In this document: positions 47,479-56,829 of the stretch, piece by piece
How positions within the stretch are numbered: position 1 is the stretch's first letter
Layout: the number at the start of each line of letters is the position of its first letter
DNA from: an uncultured Winogradskyella sp.
Lineage (GTDB): Bacteria; Bacteroidota; Bacteroidia; Flavobacteriales; Flavobacteriaceae
Assembly (NCBI GenBank): GCA_913061495.1
Contig: CAJXVG010000001.1
Span: 26,286 to 90,285, forward strand
DNA: 64,000 nucleotides
Direction: 5' to 3'
Made by a program: the position numbers and the translations under genes
The notes under the pieces: generated by a model
Databases searched by the model: none
What the model was told of the DNA's origin: nothing
The model's input: only the letters and a program-made list of their open reading frames with translations

Positions 47479-47887
47479 ATTTTAGATCTCTCTCAAGGTT
47501 TTGGTAGTTTACAGCTGTGTAACGAAGCACTTTCCAACCGCATATCTGAGCCAGATTATATTTTTCACAATCCTTGGTGTAACCGCCAATTGTGGTATGT
47601 CCGCTCTTTTCACTCATCAGCCCTTCATATTCGATAGCGATCATAAGTTCAGGAAGTGCCCAATCAAAACGGAACTTCCTCTTGTGGTGGAACTGAAGTT
47701 CTTCTTCTGCTTTTGGAATGTCTCCGTTGCGATGAAGGAGCCATAAAACGGTTTTAATTGCTTCTTTTTCGTGCGAAATCTTGCCATTAATGGTATATTT
47801 TTTGTCTAAAACGTTAGTTTTCTTACCGTTTTCGTGCAAATTATTACTCAGTTTGAGCTTTTCTATGTCTTTTCTGGACCAACCCAT
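47441..47887 (-). CDS. Vsr/DUF559-like endonuclease-fold protein
   Basis: FRFDWALPELMIAIEYEG resembles the RFDF...IAIE.DG core of the DUF559/Vsr fold. Confidence 0.45.
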   Translation of the reverse strand: MGWSRKDIEKLKLSNNLHENGKKTNVLDKKYTINGKISHEKEAIKTVLWLLHRNGDIPKAEEELQFHHKRKFRFDWALPELMIAIEYEGLMSEKSGHTTIGGYTKDCEKYNLAQICGWKVLRYTAVNYQNLERDLKLHLKKKPYSSFL

Positions 47888-47901
47888 ATTTTAGTTAATT
47901 G

Positions 47902-47915
47902 TGGCGAATTCGCCA
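47902..47915. repeat. 14-bp perfect palindrome TGGCGAATTCGCCA
   Basis: Read directly from the sequence. GC-rich relative to its context and intergenic. Confidence 0.6.
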
Positions 47916-47981
47916 TGATTAGAAATTTAAAACGTTTCACAACAGTTGCTATAAACCATTAAAACGTTTCATAGCTTGGTG

Positions 47982-48272
47982 TTAGGCGTCATTTGAATTA
48001 AAACATTCTAAGCATAATTCAGGCGCATAATCGCTACTATCACATAATTGATGCAAAGGATCATCATCGTCATTGTCGTCAGGAAAGGGTATGTAATCAC
48101 CACATTTTTGGCAAAGCCCTTCCGATTTCATACAATAGGCACATCTTTTCGGCTCATTGTTGAATGAATATAGTTTATCATTGTAATTCTCGCATTGAGA
48201 ACAAACATCGCCTAACAATGTATAACCGTCAGGCTTGTTTTCTGTTTCCTTTGAAAGTTTTTGCTCATTCAT
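47982..48272 (-). CDS. acidic 4xCxxC zinc-ribbon protein
   Basis: CSQC, CAYC, CQKC and CLEC pairs, plus a DDNDDDD tract. Confidence 0.45.
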   Translation of the reverse strand: MNEQKLSKETENKPDGYTLLGDVCSQCENYNDKLYSFNNEPKRCAYCMKSEGLCQKCGDYIPFPDDNDDDDPLHQLCDSSDYAPELCLECFNSNDA

Positions 48273-48343
48273 AATTTCTGTATTTTTACGTTAATTAGTT
48301 TTTAAATTCACGCCCGAACGGTTATACCAGCGTTGTAAAACAT

Positions 48344-48604
48344 TTACCACTTAAGTTTAGGAAGAACATAATTCTTATTAACCCATCTTTTTTTAAACCC
48401 TTTTTTATAGACAGTGCAATTAATACCATCAGGTCTGTGAACTCGAAATGTAGTTTCATCTTCCGTTTCAGGTTTAAAAAAATATTCATTTCCTCGAGAA
48501 TCAAATACAATTTGTATCTGTTCACTTCTGTCTATAAATTTTGGTTTCATTGTCTTTTTAATTGCTAAATTCCAATCCGATTGTATTTGATTTGCTACAC
48601 TCAT
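48344..48604 (-). CDS. hypothetical protein
   Basis: ORF only, flanked by unusually long intergenic regions that carry repeats. Confidence 0.4.
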   Translation of the reverse strand: MSVANQIQSDWNLAIKKTMKPKFIDRSEQIQIVFDSRGNEYFFKPETEDETTFRVHRPDGINCTVYKKGFKKRWVNKNYVLPKLKW

Positions 48605-48749
48605 TTAAAAAACGTTTTACAACAAAGTATATAATTAATGCTTTGTTAGGTTAAATTTATATTGTTCAATACTTATTGACGTTCAGTGTCAATGAACGGT
48701 ATATTTTAGTGAACACGCACTAATCATATACGATATACGTTGTGAAACA

Positions 48750-50249
48750 TTAAAAAGGCAGATCGTCATCAGGAACCTCTGGCAATTCTGCCTTTGGAGG
48801 TTCAAACGCATCTTCTGGTTCTGAAGGTTCAAAATCATCATCCCATGAATCATCTATCTCGTTTAGGTCCTTGAATCGCATATACCTCAATTCGCTAGAA
48901 TCTAAAACTGCAGCACCTAATCCACCCTCTCTGGTTTTGGCCGTATAAATTTCACATTGTCCTGTGGCAGGTGTCCTGGCCTCATCATCCCATTCATCTA
49001 TTTTATAATATTCCGGTCTTAAAAGAAACTGTACGACATTAGCATCTTGCTCAATGGCTCCAGACTCACGTAAATCTGACAACTTTGGTCTGGGCATACC
49101 TCCTCGGGTTTCAACTGCTCTGGATAATTGAGATAAAGCAACTACCGGAATCTGAAATTCTTTTGCAATCGCTTTCAATTTTCTGGAAATATGAGCGATC
49201 TCCTGCTCTCTGTTTCCGTTTTTGTTATTGGCAGATCCCCTCATCAGCTGAAGGTAATCGATGTATACAATCCTCACTTTCTCCTGCCTTACCCATTTAC
49301 CGATTATCGTTTTGGCTTCGGTAGTGGTAGTTTCTGATCCGTCGTGAATGTGTATTGGTAATTTCTTTATTTTTTCGGATTCCCTTAAAAGCACCTCTTT
49401 CTCCGATGGCGTGAGTTGGTTCTGTTTTATCCTGCTTGATTCGATACCGAATTCATTAGCTGTGATACGTCCAACCAATTCAGTATCGCTCATCTCAAGT
49501 GAAATGAAACCTACTGCAAAACCGTTTTCTGCCTGAAACTTAGCTTCATTGAGTACAAAAGCCGTTTTTCCCATACCAGGACGAGCAGCTATGATCACCA
49601 AATCATTTGGATGATAACCGTTGGTGCGGTTGTTTATTTTAGTGAACTTGCTCGGTACACTGGCCTTTGGGTTCTTACCCTGCTCAATCATCTTGTCGTA
49701 GACGCTGCTCAGTGTTTCTGCCTTTTTTCTTAAAAGCCATTCCGATGTATCGTCAAGTGATTTCTGTGACTCCTCCAGAAGATCAAAAATATCCTTCGTC
49801 GGGTCGTATGCCTTTTCAATGATGTTGCTCGCCACTTTTATGGATTCCCTCTGCACGTAGAACTGCATGATAATACGGCAATGCTCTTCGATATGAGCTG
49901 AAGAAGAAACACGTTGTGTCAATTCGATCAGATAAAAATCACCACCTACTAGATCCAGTTGAGCTTTAGATTTCAGTCTATCCGAAACAGTTAGCAAATC
50001 GATTTTGACGTCTTCAGAAAACAGCTCGTAGATTGCCATAAAAATATACTTGTGAGCGTCTTTGTAGAAAACATCTTCGTTATCGCTTATGGTTTCAATA
50101 GCTTCATAAACTCCCTGTCTGTCGATCATCATTGCTCCGAGGATCACTTCCTCAAGATCTATGGCCTGAGGAGGCATTTTCCCTTTTTCAAGTGAGATTA
50201 TCGAGGACCTGTCGGTTTTGGTTTTGTCGTAAGGTTTTGGTTGGTTCAT
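48750..50249 (-). CDS. dnaB: DnaB-type replicative helicase with acidic C-terminal extension ending DDDLPF
   Basis: Motifs ARPGMGKTAF, IDYLQLM and SQLSRAVE. The last roughly 40 aa are an extra acidic tail. Confidence 0.9.
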   Translation of the reverse strand: MNQPKPYDKTKTDRSSIISLEKGKMPPQAIDLEEVILGAMMIDRQGVYEAIETISDNEDVFYKDAHKYIFMAIYELFSEDVKIDLLTVSDRLKSKAQLDLVGGDFYLIELTQRVSSSAHIEEHCRIIMQFYVQRESIKVASNIIEKAYDPTKDIFDLLEESQKSLDDTSEWLLRKKAETLSSVYDKMIEQGKNPKASVPSKFTKINNRTNGYHPNDLVIIAARPGMGKTAFVLNEAKFQAENGFAVGFISLEMSDTELVGRITANEFGIESSRIKQNQLTPSEKEVLLRESEKIKKLPIHIHDGSETTTTEAKTIIGKWVRQEKVRIVYIDYLQLMRGSANNKNGNREQEIAHISRKLKAIAKEFQIPVVALSQLSRAVETRGGMPRPKLSDLRESGAIEQDANVVQFLLRPEYYKIDEWDDEARTPATGQCEIYTAKTREGGLGAAVLDSSELRYMRFKDLNEIDDSWDDDFEPSEPEDAFEPPKAELPEVPDDDLPF

Positions 50250-51031
50250 CAGTATCGTTCTGGTGCTGTTGCTTGTTGTTGGCTAAAAGTTTGGTTTTTT
50301 CGATTATCTTTAGATTGGTTGGCTATCCATGCCCTTGTGTATTTCCTCAGACGTGGTAAAAGTTGATCAGCTTCCCATTGCATTTTATTCTGATGAATTT
50401 CGATATCGATGGTGTCGTTAAAATTTTCGATTAAAATATTCCAATCATTGACCGATTTTTTATTCTGCATTTCAAAATCGTTATACTCGATTTCCTTTTC
50501 AGATTTTAGAAATTCGTGCGCGCGTTTTTCTCTCCTTTTCTCTTCTTTTCTTTCCTCTCCTATCCTTTGTGGTTTTACGGAGCCTTTACTTTTACTTTTA
50601 GGTGGTTTATTATCACTTTTACTTAGTTTCCGTATCCCTAAACCATCTAAAAGGATGAGTAATGAATTTTTAGAAATTATTTGATTTGTTCTTTTTTTGT
50701 AAGCATCTTTTATTGATTCATTGAATTTTTCATTAAAAAGTATGCTGTTTTCGTTCCACAGATCCTTATCAAATTCCCTTAATCTGATCAAGTCTTCAAT
50801 GATATTTATCAGTACTTCTTCAGACACCAAACAGCGGTCTGAAAGGAACATCATCTGTACTTCATCCGATAGGTTGAGATAGTGGTTATCAGCCTTTCCT
50901 AGTTCCTCTAATATCTTGAACCATGTCGCATAGCCATCGTTCTTGTATTTCTTCTCCAGGTAGCTCATTTTCTTTCCGTGGCTCACTGGGTGGGGGAAAT
51001 AGTCTACCGAGTTTCTTTGTGGTCTTGCCAT
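50249..51031 (-). CDS. replication initiation/organizer protein (DUF4373-like N-domain)
   Basis: N-terminal SVDYFPHPV...YATWFKILE pattern. Coupled to dnaB. Confidence 0.5.
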   Translation of the reverse strand: MARPQRNSVDYFPHPVSHGKKMSYLEKKYKNDGYATWFKILEELGKADNHYLNLSDEVQMMFLSDRCLVSEEVLINIIEDLIRLREFDKDLWNENSILFNEKFNESIKDAYKKRTNQIISKNSLLILLDGLGIRKLSKSDNKPPKSKSKGSVKPQRIGEERKEEKRREKRAHEFLKSEKEIEYNDFEMQNKKSVNDWNILIENFNDTIDIEIHQNKMQWEADQLLPRLRKYTRAWIANQSKDNRKNQTFSQQQATAPERY

Positions 51032-51682
51032 TTAGTTAGTTTTAAAAAGCACTTGTTGTGCTGTAAATTCTTTAAATTTTTTGTTTTGTATATTGAAATA
51101 GTGAGGGTCAATTTCATATCCAGTAAAATCAAACCCTTTATTATAACAAGCAATCCTGCTACTTCCAGAACCTATATGGGTATCTAAAATTGAATAACCA
51201 GGTTCAGCATATTTTTCAATTATGGTTTCGTAAAGTTTAATTGGCTTTTGGTGTGGATGCCATTTTGTAATTTTCTCACACTTCTTAGCACCATCCCATT
51301 GAAGTTGAATTATCCTCATGGTTTTCTTAAATGAAGTCCATGCGAGTTCTGCCTCACTCATAAAAGTTTTGTCTGCATCCCTAACTTTATCCCAAACAAT
51401 CCACGCGTTAGTTGGCTTTAAAAAATCTGAAAAATAATTACCACCAAACACGATTTGATTTTTAGAAACTCGAAATAGTTGATTCCAATAGTCAGCTTGA
51501 GGTATTGAATCATTTTGATAACTATGAAGCGCTCCTTTTTTATAGAATCTGTCCTTTCTTGATTTTGACCAGGTGTCACCTATTCCATATGGTGGGTCAA
51601 CAATAGCTAAATCAAACTGATTTTCATCCATTCTTTTCATTGCTTCTAAACAGTCTATATTGTAAGTTTTACTTAGTGACAT
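51032..51682 (-). CDS. stand-alone N4/N6 DNA methyltransferase
   Basis: IVDPPYGIG (motif IV) precedes LDTHIGSGSS (motif I), the beta-class order. Confidence 0.8.
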   Translation of the reverse strand: MSLSKTYNIDCLEAMKRMDENQFDLAIVDPPYGIGDTWSKSRKDRFYKKGALHSYQNDSIPQADYWNQLFRVSKNQIVFGGNYFSDFLKPTNAWIVWDKVRDADKTFMSEAELAWTSFKKTMRIIQLQWDGAKKCEKITKWHPHQKPIKLYETIIEKYAEPGYSILDTHIGSGSSRIACYNKGFDFTGYEIDPHYFNIQNKKFKEFTAQQVLFKTN

Positions 51683-51683
51683 A

Positions 51684-52145
51684 TTAATTTTTTATAGCTA
51701 TTGCTAATCCTTCATTTATCAAACCAAATACATCAAAGTGCCATTCAAATAGTTTTTCAACCATCCAATAGTGCCAAGTAAGAATATCAGTAAACCAATA
51801 ATCAATCCCGTCAGAGCAATCAAAATAAAGTTGGTCTAACTCATGATCATAAGTAATTTCCTCAATGTCATCCAAAGGCAACATTTTTTGGTGTAACTCA
51901 TTAATTCTTTCGATAGGAATAAACTTTTCACCATTTATTTCGATTTCTTTGTGTAAATGGGATAACGGAATAAGTATCGGCATTCCACCTCTAATCACAT
52001 CATGTATGTTTTTAATTGTCATTTCACTTTCACCTATTTCATCATGTGATGGCTCAGGTGGATTTCCTCCCCAAATCAATACTGGATGCTGAAATTTTAG
52101 GCTACTATTCAAATAAGGCGCTAAGTGTTTTAATTCTAGTTTCAT
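51684..52145 (-). CDS. hypothetical protein
   Basis: ORF only. Confidence 0.4.
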   Translation of the reverse strand: MKLELKHLAPYLNSSLKFQHPVLIWGGNPPEPSHDEIGESEMTIKNIHDVIRGGMPILIPLSHLHKEIEINGEKFIPIERINELHQKMLPLDDIEEITYDHELDQLYFDCSDGIDYWFTDILTWHYWMVEKLFEWHFDVFGLINEGLAIAIKN

Positions 52146-52148
52146 AAT

Positions 52149-53822
52149 CTACTTTTTAAACATTCCTAATAATCCATCCACCATATCCATCTGAATACTA
52201 TCATTAGCACCTGTAATGGTATTGGCTACATGGCGTTTTTGTAAAATCAGTTCGTACATATCCTCGTCAATGGTGTTCTGGCCAAGGAAGTAAGTACACA
52301 TCACATTGTTTTTCTGCCCGATACGGTGCGCCCTGTCCTCACATTGCACACAATCGGCATAAGTCCATGGGTATTCTATAAAAGCAACACGTGAACTAGC
52401 TGTGAGCGTAATACCGACCCCTGCAGCCTTGATGTTGCAGATAATCAGCTTCGTGTCTGGATCGTTCTGAAAGGCATCGATACTGCGTTGTTTTTCAAAG
52501 TCCTTATCCCTTCCGGTCACAGTTACTGCCTTTGGGAATTCCTTTTTAAGTTCATCAACGATAGCATGGTGTATTACAAAGACAATCAGCTTCTCACCAG
52601 AGTCATTAACCTCCTTGATGAATTCCCTGGCTTCATTTAGCTTACCGTAGGCAGATATCTTCTTCAGCGCTTGCATCTTCACTATGATCTCACCTCGCAT
52701 CTTCTTAGCTATTTCAGCATCATCGGCACCGCTTTCCTCCAGGTACTTCACAAATTCGTCCCTCGCCTTATTGTATTCAGCTCTGGTTGTGATATCACAT
52801 AGAATGGTCTGTCGCTGTTTTTCCGGAAGGTCCTTTGCAACTTCGTTCTTCTCCCTCCTGAAGAAACAGTGCTTGTTGAGAAAGTAATTGAGTTCCTTTA
52901 GATTTGCAGATCCACGTCCGCCTTCGCAATAACGACTGAAGAAACGGTTCTTTCCACCGAAGTCACCAAGACGTCCTATAATGGCCAATTGTGGAAATAG
53001 GTCGACGGGTTTGTTCACCACAGGTGTACCTGTTAACAGTATCACCCACTTCTTTTCTCTGGTAATCTGAAGTGAAAGCTGAGCGTTTAATGTGCTGGGG
53101 TTTTTACATCGATGGCTCTCGTCAATGATCACAGACTTCAAAATATTTATCCTTTCGTCCATAACAATATCAGAGGAACGTCTCCTGGCACCTTTTTTCG
53201 GTATGGATTGAACAAAGTATTTTTTAAGGCTTTCGTAATTCGTTATAAATACATCAGCCATCCCTATATCATGATACCTGTGCCATGAGTCCTTGATCTT
53301 GGATTCCAATACCATTGCCTTCCTGTCGGTCCACATTTCCCACTCACGTTTCCAGTTTATCTTTGTTGAGGATGGGCATATGACCAAGCATGGAAACACG
53401 TCCTCTCCCCTCAAGGCAGCCGCATGTATTGTGGCCAAGGATTGCAATGTCTTACCAAGTCCCTGCTCGTCACCGTTTATGAATCTTTTTAACTGCAGAC
53501 CTTTTGCCACACCCTTTTCTTGGTAAGGCCTAAAACCGAAACCATCTGGATGCGATAAGGGCACATCTGTTTCAAGTTCCGGCATAGGCGGAATCTCACC
53601 AAGCTGTTGTGGCGTTTGGGTGTCTATCTTAAAATACTTGGCATTTGCCCATTTCTGCAGGGCGATCATGGTCTTACGTTCAGAAAGCGGAATTTTCCAT
53701 GTTTTGTCCTTGTAATCGAAATTTGCGCCATTGATTTTTTTAACGGCCGAAAGGTTTCGCTTACGGAAATGATTATAGTCTATATGTATGCGGAACTCGG
53801 TTCCATATTCTAATATCTGCAT
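52149..53822 (-). CDS. SNF2-family helicase/translocase
   Basis: DEQGLGKT, IIDESHRCKN and CEDRAHRIGQ motifs. Confidence 0.85.
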   Translation of the reverse strand: MQILEYGTEFRIHIDYNHFRKRNLSAVKKINGANFDYKDKTWKIPLSERKTMIALQKWANAKYFKIDTQTPQQLGEIPPMPELETDVPLSHPDGFGFRPYQEKGVAKGLQLKRFINGDEQGLGKTLQSLATIHAAALRGEDVFPCLVICPSSTKINWKREWEMWTDRKAMVLESKIKDSWHRYHDIGMADVFITNYESLKKYFVQSIPKKGARRRSSDIVMDERINILKSVIIDESHRCKNPSTLNAQLSLQITREKKWVILLTGTPVVNKPVDLFPQLAIIGRLGDFGGKNRFFSRYCEGGRGSANLKELNYFLNKHCFFRREKNEVAKDLPEKQRQTILCDITTRAEYNKARDEFVKYLEESGADDAEIAKKMRGEIIVKMQALKKISAYGKLNEAREFIKEVNDSGEKLIVFVIHHAIVDELKKEFPKAVTVTGRDKDFEKQRSIDAFQNDPDTKLIICNIKAAGVGITLTASSRVAFIEYPWTYADCVQCEDRAHRIGQKNNVMCTYFLGQNTIDEDMYELILQKRHVANTITGANDSIQMDMVDGLLGMFKK

Positions 53823-53823
53823 A

Positions 53824-54030
53824 TCAACTCGCTATTAAAATTTCTTGTTTTTTATCGGTAGGATCATCAAATCTTTCGATCACCTTGTCAAATCGCTCAT
53901 CCAATATCTTTCGGACTTTATCACGTTCAATTTCTGTTGTAGCAGAAATATTGTCTATTGAATTATCCTGAAGTACATCAAACCAGAACAAAACTTCATC
54001 CACTACTATAGGGTCATACTGCTTCGACAT
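53824..54030 (-). CDS. hypothetical small protein
   Basis: ORF only. Confidence 0.35.
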   Translation of the reverse strand: MSKQYDPIVVDEVLFWFDVLQDNSIDNISATTEIERDKVRKILDERFDKVIERFDDPTDKKQEILIAS

Positions 54031-55330
54031 AATCTCTCTTTTTTAATGATTTGACTTTAGTCTCCCTCCTTGCAGCATTTCGTATTTTATCTATATTTTG
54101 ATTTACAAGTTTTACAATTTGTTCGTGATGATCAGTGGGATTGTTATGAAGTCCTCTAGATTGCAAAACCTTGAAGTTATTCAGTGAAACCTCTATCGTT
54201 TCTATTGGCTGACCATCTATTCTAGCCGATAGAATCAATGATTCCGTTCTGGAATAGTATTCATTTGTAAACAAGCAGTGCTTTAGCGTTTCGCTTTCTT
54301 CTAAAAAAGCATCCACAGACTCCAGAACTACGACTTCAATCGAATTATTTGAGAACTTCAACCCCTTGAACCTTGCAATATGTTTTTTGAAAATTCGCTG
54401 ATCATTAAGCGCCTTCTTTTTGCGAGATTCTTCATTACTTTTTGCAATACGTAATTGCTTTTTTACCATTAACCGGTCATGCTCTTTCTTTAGGTCCTTA
54501 GGACATACGTACTTAGCATTTCTCAAATCTTTGTTGAAATACTCGAGCAGGTCCAAGTAATCAAACCAAATACCTGCATCTTTAACCTTATAGCGATTAC
54601 GCATGCAGATTTTTATGGATGGCCACCTATAAAATATATTCTGTGATCTATCTGAAAAGTGTGATAGCAATGCATATTGTTTTGCTTTTACAAGGGTTTC
54701 TGCCTGTGGAATTGTTGTTACGTTTTTAATAGCATCAAGTATATTCACACCTCGAATTTTATGGTCAAGGCCATGCTTTCGGTATTCTTTTTTGAATTTT
54801 GATTTTGGGTGGTACCTATAAGGGTATAGTTTATATTTCCAATGAGAATAATAAGTTCTACCAGGCTTTCTTATACTCCAGTCGCCTCCCCAGGAATCAA
54901 AGTTGGTATGCAGATTACCGACGCGCGTTAATTTACCGTCATCTCTTAACCATTCCTGAAGTATCTCATAGACACTAACATCTACATCATTTCCTTTTTT
55001 ATGCCTTGAAAAGATTTCAAAGTACCTAATCAGCTGAAACCTCTCGTGGACTTCAGCAATGGCAAAATAATTTTTCTGAAAATCTTTTCGCTTTCTTGAA
55101 TATTCAACCTTTAGTTTTGTTTCACAATGAGGACATACGGCTCGTTTTCGTTTTATGATAGCTGAAGAAAACGTCTCACCACAATCCATACAGATCACTC
55201 GATTTTTAGTTGCAAAGCCCTTACGTTCCAAACAAACGTCAAAAGCCCATTCCTTCACATCCTTGCCAATTGGATTGATATATTTACTATACCTCAAAAC
55301 CTCGTGTTCTAATTTCGTTCTCGGTTTCAT
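54014..55330 (-). CDS. PcfJ-like protein with N-terminal zinc ribbon
   Basis: CMDCGETF...CPHCETK ribbon. Size and pairing with the PcfK-like neighbour match Bacteroidota mobile elements. Confidence 0.5.
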   Translation of the reverse strand: MKPRTKLEHEVLRYSKYINPIGKDVKEWAFDVCLERKGFATKNRVICMDCGETFSSAIIKRKRAVCPHCETKLKVEYSRKRKDFQKNYFAIAEVHERFQLIRYFEIFSRHKKGNDVDVSVYEILQEWLRDDGKLTRVGNLHTNFDSWGGDWSIRKPGRTYYSHWKYKLYPYRYHPKSKFKKEYRKHGLDHKIRGVNILDAIKNVTTIPQAETLVKAKQYALLSHFSDRSQNIFYRWPSIKICMRNRYKVKDAGIWFDYLDLLEYFNKDLRNAKYVCPKDLKKEHDRLMVKKQLRIAKSNEESRKKKALNDQRIFKKHIARFKGLKFSNNSIEVVVLESVDAFLEESETLKHCLFTNEYYSRTESLILSARIDGQPIETIEVSLNNFKVLQSRGLHNNPTDHHEQIVKLVNQNIDKIRNAARRETKVKSLKKRDYVEAV

Positions 55331-55743
55331 AGGCCATCAAATAGATTAGGTTCTTCTTTAACTTCCTCGGGTTTTTTCTTCTTAGGCTTCTTTCTCAGGC
55401 GCTCTTTTTCTTCAGCGATCACCAAAGCTTTAGCTTCTTTACGAGCTTCCTCTTTTTCTGTATCGCTCAATTCAATCTGGTGATTTACGATCACGCTTCC
55501 ATTTTCAATTTTACTTCCAACCTTTACCTTCTCCTCATCATAGTAGTGAATGGCCATGCCATAGATTTCCTCATCAGCAAATCCATTGCGACCGCTTTCC
55601 TTCACTTGATTTAAAATGTAGGTGACACAGCTGTCAACATTTTTTTTATCGTTCTTCAGTTTCTTGGCAAATGCCTCGTCCTTTTCAGCAACTTTCTGAA
55701 GATGGGCCTCTATAGCCTGTTTAAATGATTCCGATCCTTTCAT
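55327..55743 (-). CDS. PcfK-like protein (family that includes Cas9 inhibitor AcrIIA9)
   Basis: MKGSESFKQAIEAHL...CVTYILNQVKESGRNGFADEEIYGMAIHYYDEE matches my memory of the PcfK-like consensus. Confidence 0.55.
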   Translation of the reverse strand: MKGSESFKQAIEAHLQKVAEKDEAFAKKLKNDKKNVDSCVTYILNQVKESGRNGFADEEIYGMAIHYYDEEKVKVGSKIENGSVIVNHQIELSDTEKEEARKEAKALVIAEEKERLRKKPKKKKPEEVKEEPNLFDGL

Positions 55744-55756
55744 TGTATTTATAGAT

Positions 55757-56062
55757 TTATGATTTTAATAGTTCTTCAATTGACTTATTTATGGCTATCA
55801 TCTCAAGCTCGAGATTGGCCGCATTAGCAACTGCGAATTCGTATTCACCTATTGATATTGAATCTTCAATAGTTTTCTCTTCCACCTCAAGAGCAGACTT
55901 TAACTTTTCTGAATGTTTCATCAATACTTTAATAGCTGCGTTATGTTTCATTTTTTTGTTTTTGCAATCCCCACATTGCATTTTACACTGATGATTTAAA
56001 CCACCAGAAGTCTGCAATCTGCAATAGTGAGTTGCAGACCTTGATGTTTTAATAGCTTCCAT
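55757..56062 (-). CDS. hypothetical protein
   Basis: ORF only. The start is uncertain. Confidence 0.35.
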   Translation of the reverse strand: MEAIKTSRSATHYCRLQTSGGLNHQCKMQCGDCKNKKMKHNAAIKVLMKHSEKLKSALEVEEKTIEDSISIGEYEFAVANAANLELEMIAINKSIEELLKS

Positions 56063-56622
56063 TATGCAGCGGTTTCTTCAAATTCCTTTTGCTCTACTTC
56101 GTCTGACTGTGGATCAAAGTCGTCGCCAAAATCCATTGTCTCTTGGGTGCGTACAGCTTCCTTCCCGTCCATGTACTCCAGAACCTCCTCCTTTACGAAT
56201 TCAATCTGCTCTGTAAGTTTGTCAATGAACTCATAGCGTGTGTCCTCAGCTTCTGATACTCGGATTTTAGGTGTTGGAAACGACACCACTTTCCCTGTGT
56301 TTAAAATCTTGTATCCAGTGATGGTGTATGAGATGTCACCCTTGTTATCATCAATCTGAACGCCAGTAACCTTGTATTTACTGATCAGTGCTTCCGGCAA
56401 TGATTTTAAATCGATTGCTTTTGCTACATCAGATTTCTTCTTCATCTCAGTGATAAGAACAAAGTGTGGTACCAAGCCCTGAAATGCATCAACAAGATCC
56501 TCATGGATAGGTGCATCTGCACTGGCTTTTACCTTAGTCTTTCTAAGGCCGTCGTTTTGTGTGTATTCCCATTTCAGGAATATGCGAGATGCTATCTCGG
56601 CTTTGTGAATTTCAATGTCCAT
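56062..56622 (-). CDS. hypothetical protein with acidic C-terminal tail
   Basis: The C-terminus DFGDDFDPQSDEVEQKEFEETAA may indicate a DNA-binding or SSB-like role, which is unproven. Confidence 0.4.
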   Translation of the reverse strand: MDIEIHKAEIASRIFLKWEYTQNDGLRKTKVKASADAPIHEDLVDAFQGLVPHFVLITEMKKKSDVAKAIDLKSLPEALISKYKVTGVQIDDNKGDISYTITGYKILNTGKVVSFPTPKIRVSEAEDTRYEFIDKLTEQIEFVKEEVLEYMDGKEAVRTQETMDFGDDFDPQSDEVEQKEFEETAA

Positions 56623-56625
56623 AGT

Positions 56626-56829
56626 CTATGGTTTTTTGGTTAAAAAATATTTGTAAGCGTTAATCGTATTTCGTTTTTCAATAGTTCCATCATCCACCAT
56701 TTCATCCAATATTGGCCTGAATTCTCTTTCATGGAATCCGTTATGGCCTTCACTTGATTTGTCAAGCTTCTGGTCTAGGTAGAGCAGCATGGCTTTAAGT
56801 TTCTTTATTTCGTCTGGTGTGTACTGCAT
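56626..56829 (-). CDS. hypothetical small protein
   Basis: ORF only. Confidence 0.35.
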   Translation of the reverse strand: MQYTPDEIKKLKAMLLYLDQKLDKSSEGHNGFHEREFRPILDEMVDDGTIEKRNTINAYKYFLTKKP

